From Octopus bimaculoides (taxonomy: Eukaryota): a DNA stretch of 36,575 bases. Below the pieces are notes generated by a model. That model ran no database searches. It was given only the letters and a program-made list of their open reading frames with translations, and had not been told where the DNA came from. Position 1 is the first letter of the stretch; each line of letters starts with the position of its first letter. Positions 24,221 through 36,229 of this stretch are shown here, piece by piece. The translations under genes and the position numbers were made by a program. The stretch covers positions 1,161,313 to 1,197,887 of the forward strand of contig NC_068996.1 in NCBI RefSeq assembly GCF_001194135.2. Direction: 5' to 3'.

Positions 24221-24800
24221 CATATCCAAACAGTTGTTTTATAGGGAGCTTGCAGAGGGAAAACGCAATCGGTGTAAACCTAAAAAGAGTTTTAAGGACG
24301 GTATAAATACTACCATGAAGTCATTTGGAATGGATCTGAAGGCCATAGAAACCCTTGCTTCGGATCGAGCTGGAAGGCGAACAAAACTGTGGAGTGGAGT
24401 GAAAGCGTACGAGGAGGCCAGGATAATACGTGCAAGATTCAAAGGAGATTTGAAGAAGAATGTTGCAATCGCGAAGGTGAATCACAATAATCTTTTTGTA
24501 TGCAGCTTGTGACAGACGATGCCGTTCTTTTACTGGGCTCACATCTCATTTGCAGAACCATGAAAAACAAACCTGCACCTACTATACAGTTATACAGACG
24601 GGATACGTCTGTATAACTGTGCACATCTTTCAATGCCGTTTATGCCATAAGGTCTGCAAATCTAACGGAAGCTTCAATAGATATTTTAAGATCCACAAAT
24701 ATCAGAACTTAACTGTAGCTCTTGGTTGTGCAAATCGGACATGCAATCTTTGTGAGTGTCCTTAAAAAGCCACACCAGGCGCCATGGTGGTTTTAAGGTG
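24221..24800 (+). mobile_element. RTE-clade LINE 3' remnant with C2H2 zinc fingers
   Basis: SKQLFYRELAEGKRNRCKPKKSFKD..LASDRAG, then C-x2-C-x12-H-x3-H (24501-24561, one frameshift) and CRLCHKVCKSNGSFNRYFKIH (24634-24696). Confidence 0.8.
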
Positions 24801-24861
24801 TAGGTACAAGAGGTGATCAGATTCTGCATAAAGAGTAGACAACCACCATATCTATATGCGT

Positions 24862-24863
<2 letters not shown>

Positions 24864-24912
<49 letters not shown>

Positions 24913-24990
24913 GCGCGCGCACGCGCACACACACACATACATACACAAATATTAGTTGTGTATATATATATATGTGTGTGTGCGTATGCT
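24864..24990. repeat. (CA)n/(CG)n/(TA)n microsatellite
   Basis: Visible. Confidence 0.95.
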
Positions 24991-25779
24991 TAATATAATG
25001 TAACAAATGCATAGTTATATATGTGCAAACATATACACACATTCATGTTTTACCTATGTCGCAGATATATAAACAAGGCAGATACAGTCATTTCTCTGTA
25101 GATTGAAAAACAAAAACAACAGAATTATAAACAGCTTAAATCGAAGGCTGAACGTTATTGGATTCCCCTCAGAAAACCAATTTGATCAATTCCAAAGAAA
25201 CAAGCATCTGATTAGTTTATGTAATGAAGAAACCCAGTAGCTTCAGAGACCTGTGACTGCTAATTTGCATATCGCATTTAACGATTTATTTAACATCAGG
25301 GGCCTTTCAACGAGAACCTAATTTCACACAGTGTACAGATATGAAGGTAGAATGAATTTAGCTCAACATTATTATTTGTTACAATTGTTTTGGGACCACT
25401 CCATTTCTAACGCCCTTAAGCATAAATGATTCTACGTGAAAAGTTGGTACAATTTCCTCGAATGATTATATTAATCAGACTAGCATCAAGTCGTTAAGTT
25501 AAGCCTACACTATATAGAGCATAGCACCTATAATATACAATGTATGTGTGTATGTATGTATGTCTGCATGTATGTATTATGTATGTCTGCATGTATATAT
25601 ATATATATNNNNNNNNNNNTATATATATGTATGTATATATAAAGGATTCTCTCGTTGTGAACAACAAATGTGGGTTCAGTAATATAAAGCGGTAATCATG
25701 TTCTGTGGATACACATAGCATATGTCTTTTGAGGCTTGCTGGTGCCTTGCAAATTTTCTAGCAAATAGAACAAGCAAGT

Positions 25780-28100
25780 TGAAAACTCAGTTAGCTGGAG
25801 TGCTTGGGGATCATTTAATATGTGTTTTTTCTTCTTTTTTAGCAAGGCCTACGACAGGTATGGTTTTCATTTAGAAGAGCAGAGTGTTTCCAGCATGCCT
25901 TCTTGCTTGCATGATGTTAGTCCTGACGTTGGAGTCGATATTGCTAAAATTTTGAACTGAGGAAAAGCAAGACTAGCGCCAAGTCCTGCGTTCTCATGCT
26001 TTGTTTTTCCAGGAAGAAAAGGGACTGATGCATCGCTTCAGATTGTCTTTTAGTTTGTCTTTGAAGCACAAGACTGGCTTTCCAACTGACCTTCCTGTTA
26101 GGAATTGGCTCAAGAGAAGTTGCTTCGAAATTTTGAAATCACTCATACGTGGGAGATGATCCGACCTTCTAAGCAGTATCTTGATGAGGATCGCTTCAGT
26201 ATCTGATATTTTGCATTTTGTTAACACCTCATTGTTACGAATATTGTCGCTCGGCTTAATTTGGAGATAGTACGCTAGCATTTCATATGAAAAGTGTGAA
26301 GCTAACTAATTACTTTCGTTACACGGTTCAAAATTCAGCACCATAAAGCAATGATGTCAAAACCACCAACTTTTATACATCGGTTTTGACTTTCTACGAT
26401 ACATCGTGTCTGTTCCAAGACCTAAATATTACCGAAAGAGGGACTAGCCTTCCCGATTCTGCACTCAATTTTATTCAACTTAGCATCATCGGACACAATG
26501 AAACGAAGATAAGTGAAATAAGAGTTTTTAATGTTTTTCCACCAACATACGTAGTAGAGACAACAGCAGGAGTATGGTCACGAATGGGTTGATGGAAAAT
26601 GGGTTGATGCATGCAATAAATTGTTTAGAAGCCATTGCATGTCCTCAAGAGTGTTTTCTACAACTGCACAATCGTCTGCGACGAACAGATCTCGATTGTT
26701 TTGCACCAAACGCTAAATTTTTGATTTGAAGCACTCTAGGTTGAACAAGCCACCACTGGATCTGTACTGAAACCTTATTCTTTCTTTAACACTCTCAAAC
26801 GCTGTTTCTAACGTGGCGGAGAAGTACAAAACAAATAAGAACGGTGCAAGAACTCAGCCTCGTTTTCCCCATTGGAGACTGTGAATGAATCGGACACCAC
26901 CCAACTAGATGCATCAAATGCCATCATGTCTCGATGGAAAGAAATGATGACACTGGGAATCTTTGCGAGAGCAACAAACTTTCCAAGGACAACCCAAAAT
27001 GTCCAAAGTTTATCCCTAGATATGGTGTCAAAAGCTTTAATTAGATCTAAAAAATGGCAAAAAGGTCTAGGTTATACTCATGAGCCTTTTCCTGCAGTTG
27101 ACGCAAGCTGAAAATTATATCCACTGTGCCTGCACCAGCCCAAAAGCCACACTGAGATTCTAAACAACACTAAGCTGATAAAGGTAACATTTACTCTGTT
27201 CAAGATAACCCGTCCAAGGGAGATACCTCTATAGTTGTTACATTCATGTTCACATTTGTTACCATTGCGCTTATAATGCTGGACAATAGAAGCGTCTTTC
27301 AACTCCTGTTGGAATGATCCTGATTCCTAGACTAAGGAGAAGAGTTCACATAATTTGTACAGCAAGAGATTGCTAACACATTTATATGTCTCGGATAGAA
27401 TCTCATCGTTCCCGGACGAATTTCCATTTATGAGTTGTTTTATGGCCTTTTATTTTTGTTATCTCAGCATTTGATGGAGCAACTGATAGTTCTTCAAGGA
27501 CAGGCCTCTGTGATAGATTGTTGATCGTTTCTTCATCAACAACAGAGTCCATATTCAGAACATTTGAGAAATGCTCTGCCCAGCGTTTTGCGATGTCTCT
27601 TTGTCCGTCAAAAGATTACCTTTTATTGAAAGCATCAGAGACAGGTCCTAAAACACCGTTTAAATTCTGATAGAATAAATTATGGTAACATCTGCCCTCA
27701 GCAACCTGCAACTCTTGTGCTTTTTTCACCACGATGTCTGTTTCATTTACCTCAATTGGCATGTATTTATGGCCTTTTAAAGCTCGTTGTGCTTTGTGGC
27801 ATTATCTTTGTTTCACATTCATTGACGATGACGCTTGTGCATATTGTTCTAGAGAAGAGAGATGTTTGGATCATTCGAGTTGAAGAGAAATGTTTGGATC
27901 ATTTGAGTTGAACTAAACTTTATGCTTCCTCTTAACATACCCATGTAGTTCATAAGATGATTCAAATACAGCATTTTTAAAAGCAGACCACATCATCCCA
28001 TATGAATATATCACAAACTACGCGCGCATTGAAGTCACGGGGGAGAAGTTTATCATGGATAAAGACCCCGCTCAACTGGCTACGTAGCTCTTTACCTTAT
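25780..28100 (-). mobile_element. RTE-clade LINE (APE + RT), heavily decayed
   Basis: APE DKLL..DFNARV (~28050), RWAEHFSNVLN-like segment, NNYRGISL, FTVSNG, LFVADDCAV (26661-26688), SKQLLLSQ..KPVLCFKDKLK. The 5' part may continue at 28540-28770. Confidence 0.85.
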
Positions 28101-28189
28101 GTCGCCAGACTAAGCAAAATCCAAAAAGGAACATATTTGTAGTAATAACACTTGAAAATAATCAAGAAATCTCTGGGAATGTTTTATAC

Positions 28190-28535
28190 ACTTCTGAACT
28201 TCTGGACCGATTACCAATGTAATGAATGTCATATAGCCTCCTGCAACCTCTTCATCCCTTATGGCTTGGTCCTTTTTCTTTTCAATTCGTTAGGAACCAT
28301 TATATTGCACCAGACCAGCAGTCTCCTTGACTTCTTTCTGTTTTCATTTTGTCCTTCTTGGAATGGAACCTCCTTCTCCAGGAAGCTACACGCTTTATCA
28401 GCTGACAATTTCCAGAGTAACGATAAGCAAGTAATAGGTCGGTAATTACTAGCTTTCCTTCTCTTTTCTTTGTTCTTCAGTATCGATTCTATCTTTTCCT
28501 TTGTTATCCATGTTGATATATCATTTTCTAATTGG
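28190..28535 (-). mobile_element. R4/Dong RT fragment
   Basis: LENDISTWITKEKIESILKNKEKRRKASNYRPITCLSLLWKL, then a decayed EEQKG and AYD..HSW region. The NYRPITCL form matches R4/Dong rather than RTE (NYRGISL). Confidence 0.65.
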
Positions 28536-29349
28536 TCAAAAGAAACTGTTGTATAAAATCACGTGATTTTTGAACCAGAATCACTGAACATCATCTGGTT
28601 CGGAGGTTGTCCAAGTCGGCATTTTCTTAAAGATCTGTAAAATTAATATTTTTTCTTCTGTTCCATTTCGCATCACCGAAATCATTTTGGCCTTTCATCC
28701 ACGTCAAATATTGCGGCCAATAGTGTTGATTAACCCTATTCACGTAAAATTGTTGTCCTTGTGCCTAAAACAGAAATAATTATTACTATTATAATAGTAA
28801 TACATTCAATTATTTAGGCTCACTATACACACATAGCCAACGTTTAAAATACATTAAAAGTCATTTTGAATCTTGCTTGCAATGTTACTACGCCAAACTG
28901 GCGCATAATGGGAAAATACTATGAATTAAGTTTACCCTGAAATATTAATACGAACAGAGTGAAACAAGTTTCGCGTAATTCGGTAAAGTGGTTTTCGAGA
29001 TATTAGAGATTTTCGGAGTATAAAAACCCAGAACGGTGCATTACTGGAAAATGTTCCGAGAATAATCTTCATCCTGAAAGAGAAGAAACTCTTATTTTTC
29101 TTTTAGACAATGAGCTGACAACAAAAAAATACGATTTGTTTTTTACAGTAAATGTTTCTATTTTCACATTCGATAAACACAATATTTTAATCATTTAAAA
29201 ATATTTTTAAGTGAATGTGATTTAAAAAATGTAAGTTGTTTGTATAGTAAGTATTTATATTTTAGCTTTCTTTAAACAGACAATAATTTAATGTCTTTTA
29301 AATTATTTTCAAGTGAATACCATTACAAAATTTTTTTTTGACTTATTTA

Positions 29350-29715
29350 AAAAATATTCTAAAGTAAAAATGACTTTAAAATACGTTAAATATTTTGTAA
29401 AAAACCCGTTCGTAATCTCATTGTGAAGTAGTTTCTTCGAGTCCATTCAATGTATCTCACCTCCAAAGATTAGGCTGCTATTTCTAGCACGCCCTGCTAA
29501 CATGTAACAGCTATTTGCAATAAAGAGCCCAAAATAGTCGTTACGTGGTACCAGGGCGTGCAAGAAATAGCATCCAAATCTTTCTTTTTTCTGGGTACAG
29601 GAGCCGTTTACACGTGATTTCGATGTCACATTCGTTGAAAGCATGCGAAATAACCTGGAAAACAAAAAGAAAAAATCCCCACGAAACAAAATTCCACTGG
29701 GAAACTCATGAGTCA
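29350..29715 (+). repeat. Second copy of the dispersed repeat found at 14830-15215
   Basis: Shared aaatattttgtaaaa.acccgttcgtaa, ctccaaagatt.ggctg.tattt and ggagccgttta.acgtgattt.gatgtcacattcgttgaaag.atg.gaaataacctggaaaa. Confidence 0.85.
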
Positions 29716-30059
29716 AGAGGAGTCTCGTATATGTTAAATTTGAATTAGCGCAAAAGAAAATCAGAAAGTCACACTGCGTCACGCATTATTAGTTACATAA
29801 TTGACGGTGTAAAATAATGTCTCAAATATATTTTTATGTGATTTTCCTTAGACTCAAACTAGCTATAAATTCAGTAAACAATATGTAAGTAAGCAATCTG
29901 ATGTTCATTTAATAATAGAAATTTTAATGTAAAAATCGATCTATTCAAACAACACAGTAAAATATTGCTGCGAAGTAAACATGTTGTTTATTTTTAGAAG
30001 TGGTTTATAATTCCCTGTTTACCAGTATCACCCACAATAAGGTCAATATACTTTTCAAA

Positions 30060-30906
30060 TTGTGTGTACATACTTATGCATATATACAAATATGCATACA
30101 TGCCTAAACATATACATACACACACACATACGCACATATATGCGCACGCAAGCATACATACACACATACATACATATATACATACATATATATATATATA
30201 TNNNNNNNNNNNNNNNNNNNNNNNNNNNNNNNNNNNNNNNNNNNNNNNNNNNNNNNNNNNNNNNNNNNNNNNNNNNNNNNNNNNNNNNNNNNNNNNNNNN
30301 NNNNNNNNNNNNNNNNNNNNNNNNNNNNNNNNNNNNNNNNNNNNNNNNNNNNNNNNNNNNNNNNNNNNNNNNNNNNNNNNNNNNNNNNNNNNNNNNNNNN
30401 NNNNNNNNNNNNNNNNNNNNNNNNNNNNNNNNNNNNNNNNNNNNNNNNNNNNNNNNNNNNNNNNNNNNNNNNNNNNNNNNNNNNNNNNNNNNNNNNNNNN
30501 NNNNNNNNNNNNNNNNNNNNNNNNNNNNNNNNNNNNNNNNNNNNNNNNNNNNNNNNNNNNNNNNNNNNNNNNNNNNNNNNNNNNNNNNNNNNNNNNNNNN
30601 NNNNNNNNNNNNNNNNNNNNNNNNNNNNNNNNNNNNNNNNNNNNNNNNNNNNNNNNNNNNNNNNNNNNNNNNNNNNNNNNNNNNNNNNNNNNNNNNNNNN
30701 NNNNNNNNNNNNNNNNNNNNNNNNNNNNNNNNNNNNNNNNNNNNNNNNNNNNNNNNNNNTATATATATATATATATATCAAAGCAAACTTTGGAAGCGTA
30801 TTTTACAGGCAAGAGTGTAAATTTCATACGTAGTGTGTTGTGAAAACAGCAGTGCAAGATTGGGTATTTTACCCGTATAAGACGGGAAAATATGGGCAGT
30901 ATGTAT

Positions 30907-30954
<48 letters not shown>

Positions 30955-30975
30955 GCACATACATATACACACGCA
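30060..30975. repeat. (CA)n/(TA)n microsatellites around a large N gap
   Basis: Visible. Confidence 0.9.
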
Positions 30976-31092
30976 CATATACATATTCTTATATATAGAT
31001 AAGAGAAATAGAGAAAGAAAAATAGATGGAGGGAGAGTGAGAGAGAGGGTAAGAGAGAAGGGGATATAGACAGAGACAAATATAATTATATA

Positions 31093-32260
31093 TTACATCA
31101 TCCCATAAATAATGCAGTTGTTTTATACTTGTTTTATTTTTCAAAATTATGATAAACAAAATTGCATTTTGATTTAAAATATACTCTCCTTTATTTTCTA
31201 CAATGCTCTTCCTTCTATCTGGTAGATTTGCAAGGCCCCTCTTCCAAAAATACACTTGTCTGTGACAAAAGATACCCCTCCAGTACTATACTGACTTCGT
31301 CTACAGAATTCCTATTTTGTCCATGCAAATGATTTCAAAGACTGCGGAATAAATGATAATCAGATGGGGTAATGTCCAGTGAATATTGCGGGTGAGTTAT
31401 CGTTTCTCATTCAAACTTGAAACCAAAGATGGTCCTTTTTCTTCTGGCACTGACTTAAGTTCTTCAATTTGCTCGCAGAACAGCTCTCCTTTGTTCTCCT
31501 TTGTTATCGTTTGGTTTGGATTTAAAAGTTCAAAGTGGACTAAACCTTTTATATACCACCAAACAGACAACAACACCTTACGTGGGTGAAGACCTTCTTT
31601 AACCCGGGGTGCCAGTGTTTCTCCTTTCCCTACTCACTATCTTCGGGACTTGACATTTTTACAGAGAACACATTTATCGTCACCAATCACTATTCGGTCC
31701 CAAAAGGATTTATTCGTGAGACGTAACAGCAAAGAAGAGCGTACATTCATTCCTTGCACGCAATTAGACTAGGTAAGTTTATGAAGAACGCGTTGACCCA
31801 ATTTTCAAACTTTTCCGATAACACGCTGGTATCGATGAATGGTTGAATGACCAAATCAAAGTTTCTTTGCTAGTTCCCCAACCGTAACTATAGTATTTTG
31901 TTCCCGAGCTCTAGATATCTTCCAGGACGATATCTTCCGTTTCGGAATTTCTGGAACCACCATTGAGGCTGTCTTACACTTATTGTCCGATCCCCATATA
32001 CTGCATTAATATTCCTCGCACTTTTCGTTGAACTCATAAAGCAAAATATACCGAATATACTTCTTTGTCACTTCCATTATAGCTTTGAAAATATAACTGT
32101 TAAAATCGAAATGCACTCTTCAAAACTTGCACTAAGAATAAGCACAAGGTAAAATTACTACATGCTTCTATAGCAAGTTGTTGCAGGTAATGTACCCCAC
32201 TCTACTCTGACTTTTATTTCATGCAATTGAAAGAACCGCATTTTTTATAGGATGACCCGA
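31093..32260 (-). mobile_element. mariner (DD34D-type) DNA transposon, both TIRs and TA flanks, transposase decayed
   Basis: Left TIR ttacatcatcccataaataatgcagtt vs right TIR (rc) tcgggtcatcctataaaaaatgcggtt, 20/27 identical, TA outside each. ATG at 32077: MEVTKKYIRYILLYEFN, DRIVIGDDK, LHPRKVLLSVWWYIKGLVHFELLNPNQTIT, FWKRGLANLPDRRKSIVENKGEYI. Confidence 0.9.
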
Positions 32261-32274
32261 TATATCTATACGTA

Positions 32275-33034
32275 CAGGGTGTCTCAGAAAGATTTACCTG
32301 CGTTTAAAGCTTACTAAAGAATATCGGTTCAGGTAATATTATGTACATTTTACATAAAGATTTGCATATCTCTTTTGTTCATGTGTCTATTGTTTCGTTC
32401 GTCTATAACAAGTTTTTATATAAACATGTCGAAAGTAAAACGTGGCCAGATTGTCGCTTTGAAAATAACTGAAGTGAGCGACAAGGATATAAAAAAAAAG
32501 ACAGTTGAATATATGCAGTAAAACAGTTTTCAATATCTGAAAACGATGTATAGAATTCGCTACAACCTCTAGCAAGGAAAGTCCTGGTAATAAACGATCA
32601 CACAAACTGTTTGAAGCTGTACCAAACAAACTGTTGAAGCTGTGAAGAAGTAAATGAACCGAAATTCCCGCAGGAGTTAAAAAACAAAAACAAAAAAACT
32701 ACAAAAGCTCTTGATCTTTCGAAATCATCAATGCACAGGATTTTAAAGAGGATTTAAAGCCAACTGCATACAAGAAACAAACCCGGCAGTTAATTTCAAC
32801 AGCTTCAAAGAAGAACCGACTCGACAGGGGTAAAATCTTGTTAGCTGAGATGAAGCGCGCCGCTAAAAAAGTGTTGATCTGGTTCGACGAGATCTTCATC
32901 GTGGAGGCAGTTACCAAACGGCAGAATGACAGGCCTTACGCACATAATACAGGAGACTTGCTCGAAGCCAGTTTCACTCATATTGTGGGCTGCGGTGGCA
33001 TCTGATGTGTCCAAGTCTCTCTTGATATTCATAG
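32275..33034 (+). mobile_element. Tc1/mariner-superfamily transposon, 5' half only
   Basis: TA|CAGGGTGTCTCAGAAA terminus. ATG at 32426: MSKVKRGQIVAL, SKSSMHRILK, AYKKQTRQLIS, LIWFDEIFIVEAVTKRQNDR, LWAAVASDVSKSLLIFI, then truncated. Confidence 0.88.
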
Positions 33035-33640
33035 GTCCTCAAGTAAGTCTTGGTGTCATTGATGGCGGCAGTTGGTGAGTGTGCACCCCACGGTGTTCTC
33101 TCTGGTGTTTTTCCTCGGCAGAATTTTCTCGTGAAGGGACCGGTGTGTACCAGCTGTATGTTAAGTCCCTCTCTGCGCATGACATGCTGAATAGCTGTTG
33201 TTGTCCTATCATTGAAGTAGGGAAGTCTAAGGAAACACTTTTCTGACCTGATATGAGCCTTGTTTTGTTGTTTACCCGATTTCATGCTTTGCGTATGCAA
33301 TCGTTTAGCAGCAGATGGCTGATAGCCATTGTGCGCTAAGTTCCTGAGGAACCGCTTGGTGTTGATAGCTTTTTCGGTTACTTCACTACATATCTCTTAT
33401 GCGTGTGATCTCATTCTGTATGTATACGGCTTTGGCTCTGGTGGGCAGGGCTTCGTAATGTACGAACAGATTCCTGTTCAATGCAACAGGAGCAATCTCA
33501 GAATTATATAAACGACAATGCAAACTTCATATAACCAAGGTAACCTTGACCTGAAGAGTAACTTGCGGTCTACCCCCGTTTGGATAATTTACTACTTCCG
33601 GGGTTCTGCTAGCTACGAAACATATGTAGCCTGGATTTCA
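33035..33640 (-). mobile_element. Penelope-like element remnant (RT C-terminal region and pre-GIY linker) with an apparent inverted terminal repeat
   Basis: NRNLFVHYE.ALPTRAKAVYIQNEITRI, RFLRNLAHNGY, CFLRLPYFNDRTTTAIQHVMRREGLNIQLVHTGP, CTLTNC..INDTK. Non-coding 33496-33640 carries a hammerhead on the + strand. Confidence 0.8.
33544..33635 (+). ncRNA. Type I hammerhead ribozyme (PLE-associated)
   Basis: CTGAAGA at 33551-33557, stem II closed by GTA/TAC with extended pairing, GAAAC at 33617-33621, palindromic stem III ACATATGT and GUA triplet at 33626-33628. Stem I is imperfect. Confidence 0.7.
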
Positions 33641-33679
33641 TCTATTCCAATCCCTTATATCCGAATATGCACAGATACA

Positions 33680-33680
<1 letters not shown>

Positions 33681-33776
<96 letters not shown>

Positions 33777-34020
33777 NNNNNNNNNNNNNNNNNNNNNNNN
33801 NNNNNNNNNNNNNNNNNNNNNNNNNNNNNNNNNNNNNNNNNNNNNNNNNNNNNNNNNNNNNNNNNNNNNNNNNNNNNNNNNNNNNNNNNNNNNNNNNNNN
33901 NNNNNNNNNNNNNNNNNNNNNNNNNNNNNNNNNNNNNNNNNNNNNNATATGTATATATATATATACATACATACATACATATATATATATACATACATAC
34001 ATATATTTGTATGTATGTAT
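33681..34020. repeat. (ATATGT)n, (TA)n and N gap
   Basis: Visible. Confidence 0.95.
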
Positions 34021-34021
34021 A

Positions 34022-35360
34022 CTAGCAAATGCACCCGTTTAAATTGCTATGCTGGTATTTCTTCAGTAAATAATAATTGAAGTGCCGAGAAGGTTTATGA
34101 GCAGCAAGGCAATCTATGTTTCTGGTTAACCTAGGATCGGAAAATCAAATTGAAGTCTGGTTAGTGTGGAGGTCGCTGCACTTTAACTATGGAAGAACAT
34201 ATAAGTTTGCAAGCGATAGAAAGTAGAGTTACTGAAGTGTTTTGGGAGTAGATAACAGATAATGGCTACAAAATATAGTTGCATTACATGAAAGCGAAAT
34301 TGTCAGAAACAGCCACATAAAAGGTTTAATGAAGTTCAAGGAAGATGCTGAAGCTTCCCCTCTACGAGTTTATCTTTGTCAACAGCAAAGGGAGCTATTT
34401 TTCGGAGAGGTAAACTAACAAAAGCCTTTTTATTCTCTCTTCCCACATAGCTTGCGCATAAACTAACAGCGAATGCTGCATAAAGTTAAATTGGCATGGA
34501 GATTTCTGAAAGATACATATAACGTTCGCTAGTGGAAGCAAAACTCTTATTTAAAGGTTGATTCTTTGGGTCGAATCATATGTGCTTCTTTAAAAAAAGC
34601 TACAAAGACAATGCTAAAATGCATTCAAAACAATGGACAACAGTCGAAATATGATAATGGATGAGGTAAATAATCATCCTTAAAGTGAAACAACGCTTTG
34701 GTAGGTAAAAAAGATATCAACAAATAGAAGAGAGGAAAGGGAACATCACCTTTCAAGTAACTCAGAAAAGATAAAGGTAAGCTTGCCAAAATTTAATCCC
34801 ATGTAAATATGGAGATTAAGATTGTTTGGTATTGGATATCCATCGTGTACAGTGTTCCTAGTCAATTTAATCATTGTTGACAGGTGGACAGTCGAAATAA
34901 ATAGACAAAATCCTTTCACTTTTATAAAAAAAACACTACGCACAGAACAAATTATCCCTATTTAGGTCCATTTACGCGGTTGCTCTGGGCAGAATATTTA
35001 GTGCATGACCATCTCTGTGTGCTAAGGTTGGAGAAATTGGTTGAGAATTGTGGAAATGTATGCGTTCAGTGTTTCTAATCACAGCCACTGGTGGATAGTG
35101 GAAATAAATAAATAGACAAAATCCTTTCATATTTATAAAAAGATTAAAAAACATGGAAGACCCTACATACAAACAATTATGTCCATTTAGATCTATTTAC
35201 GCGGGAGCGCTGGGTAACATGTTATAGTGCATGGCTATCCTCGAGACAAGTAATGCGTGTGTAAAGTTTGGTGAAAATCAGTTGGGAATTGTGGAAATGT
35301 ATGAGTTAGTCATTATACACACACATACTGTCATTTATAAATACTATATATATATATAGA
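34022..35360 (-). mobile_element. Non-autonomous Helitron-like element with internal ~210-240 bp tandem duplication
   Basis: Minus-strand 5' TCtatatatatatatag..gtatgtgtgtgt..aactgattttcaccaaactttacac. 3' aacgggtgcatttgCTAG|T. Repeats at 34891-35070 and 35098-35308. Confidence 0.6.
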
Positions 35361-35782
35361 CGCAGGAGTGGCTGTGTGGTAAGAAGCTTGCTTCCCAATC
35401 ACATGGTTCCGAGTTCAGTCCCACTATGTGGCACCTTGGACAGGTGTTGTCTAGTATAGCCTCCGTCCAGCCAAGGTCTCGAGAGTGGATTTGGTAGATG
35501 GGAACTGAAAGAAGCTCGTCGTAGATATATATATTTATATATATATATACACACATACATAGATACATATATGTCTTTGTGTCTGTGTTCGTCCTCCCAC
35601 CATCGCTTTGACAACCGATGTTGGTGTGTTTACGCTCCTGTAACTTAGCAGTTCGGCAAAAGTTACGATAGAAGAAGTACTTAGGCTTACAAAGAATAAG
35701 TCTTGGGGTTGATTTGTTCGATTAAAGGCAGTGCTCTTGCATGGCCGCAGTCAAATGACTGAAACAAGTAAAAGAGTAAAAA
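35361..35782 (+). mobile_element. tRNA-SINE family B, full length
   Basis: A box tggctgtgtgg (35369-35379), B-box-like gagttcagtccc (35411-35422), internal (TA)n and tail gaaacaagtaaaagagtaaa. Confidence 0.88.
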
Positions 35783-35809
35783 GTATGTCTATATAAATAT
35801 ATATTATGT

Positions 35810-35842
<33 letters not shown>

Positions 35843-36229
35843 CACATACATAATATTTTACATTGCCGCTGATGGTAGACCGACCCTGGTATGTAGTTGT
35901 ATTTATGAACTTATTGTAACATCCAGATGAGGGGAGTGCCTTGATTAGTAATATGAAATATGTCATATTCCTTGGCACATCTCTGAAACGGCCCGTAGAT
36001 GTGATGTTTATATATATATATATATATTTCTTTCGTTGGCTTTAATATGTTTTTAATACTTAATCCTTTCAAGTTAAATTTTTAATTTCCTCATACAATG
36101 TACGATTTTAAATGTAATTACAAATGATATTTTCTTAAACTCAATCGTATTTTATGCATTGCATTGATATTGTCTATCTATATATATTTGTGTATTTTGA
36201 AATTTTATTTCCAGTTTATAGAGAATATA

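Noticed and set aside
27860-27911. Short tandem duplications (also 14086-14114, 26582-26610, 32614-32643)
   Set aside because: Ordinary slippage duplications inside decayed elements. Not spacer-repeat (CRISPR-like) arrays.
35915-35970. Hammerhead-like cCAGATGA...GAAAtatgtc
   Set aside because: Core substitutions and no stem II, so too degenerate to support.
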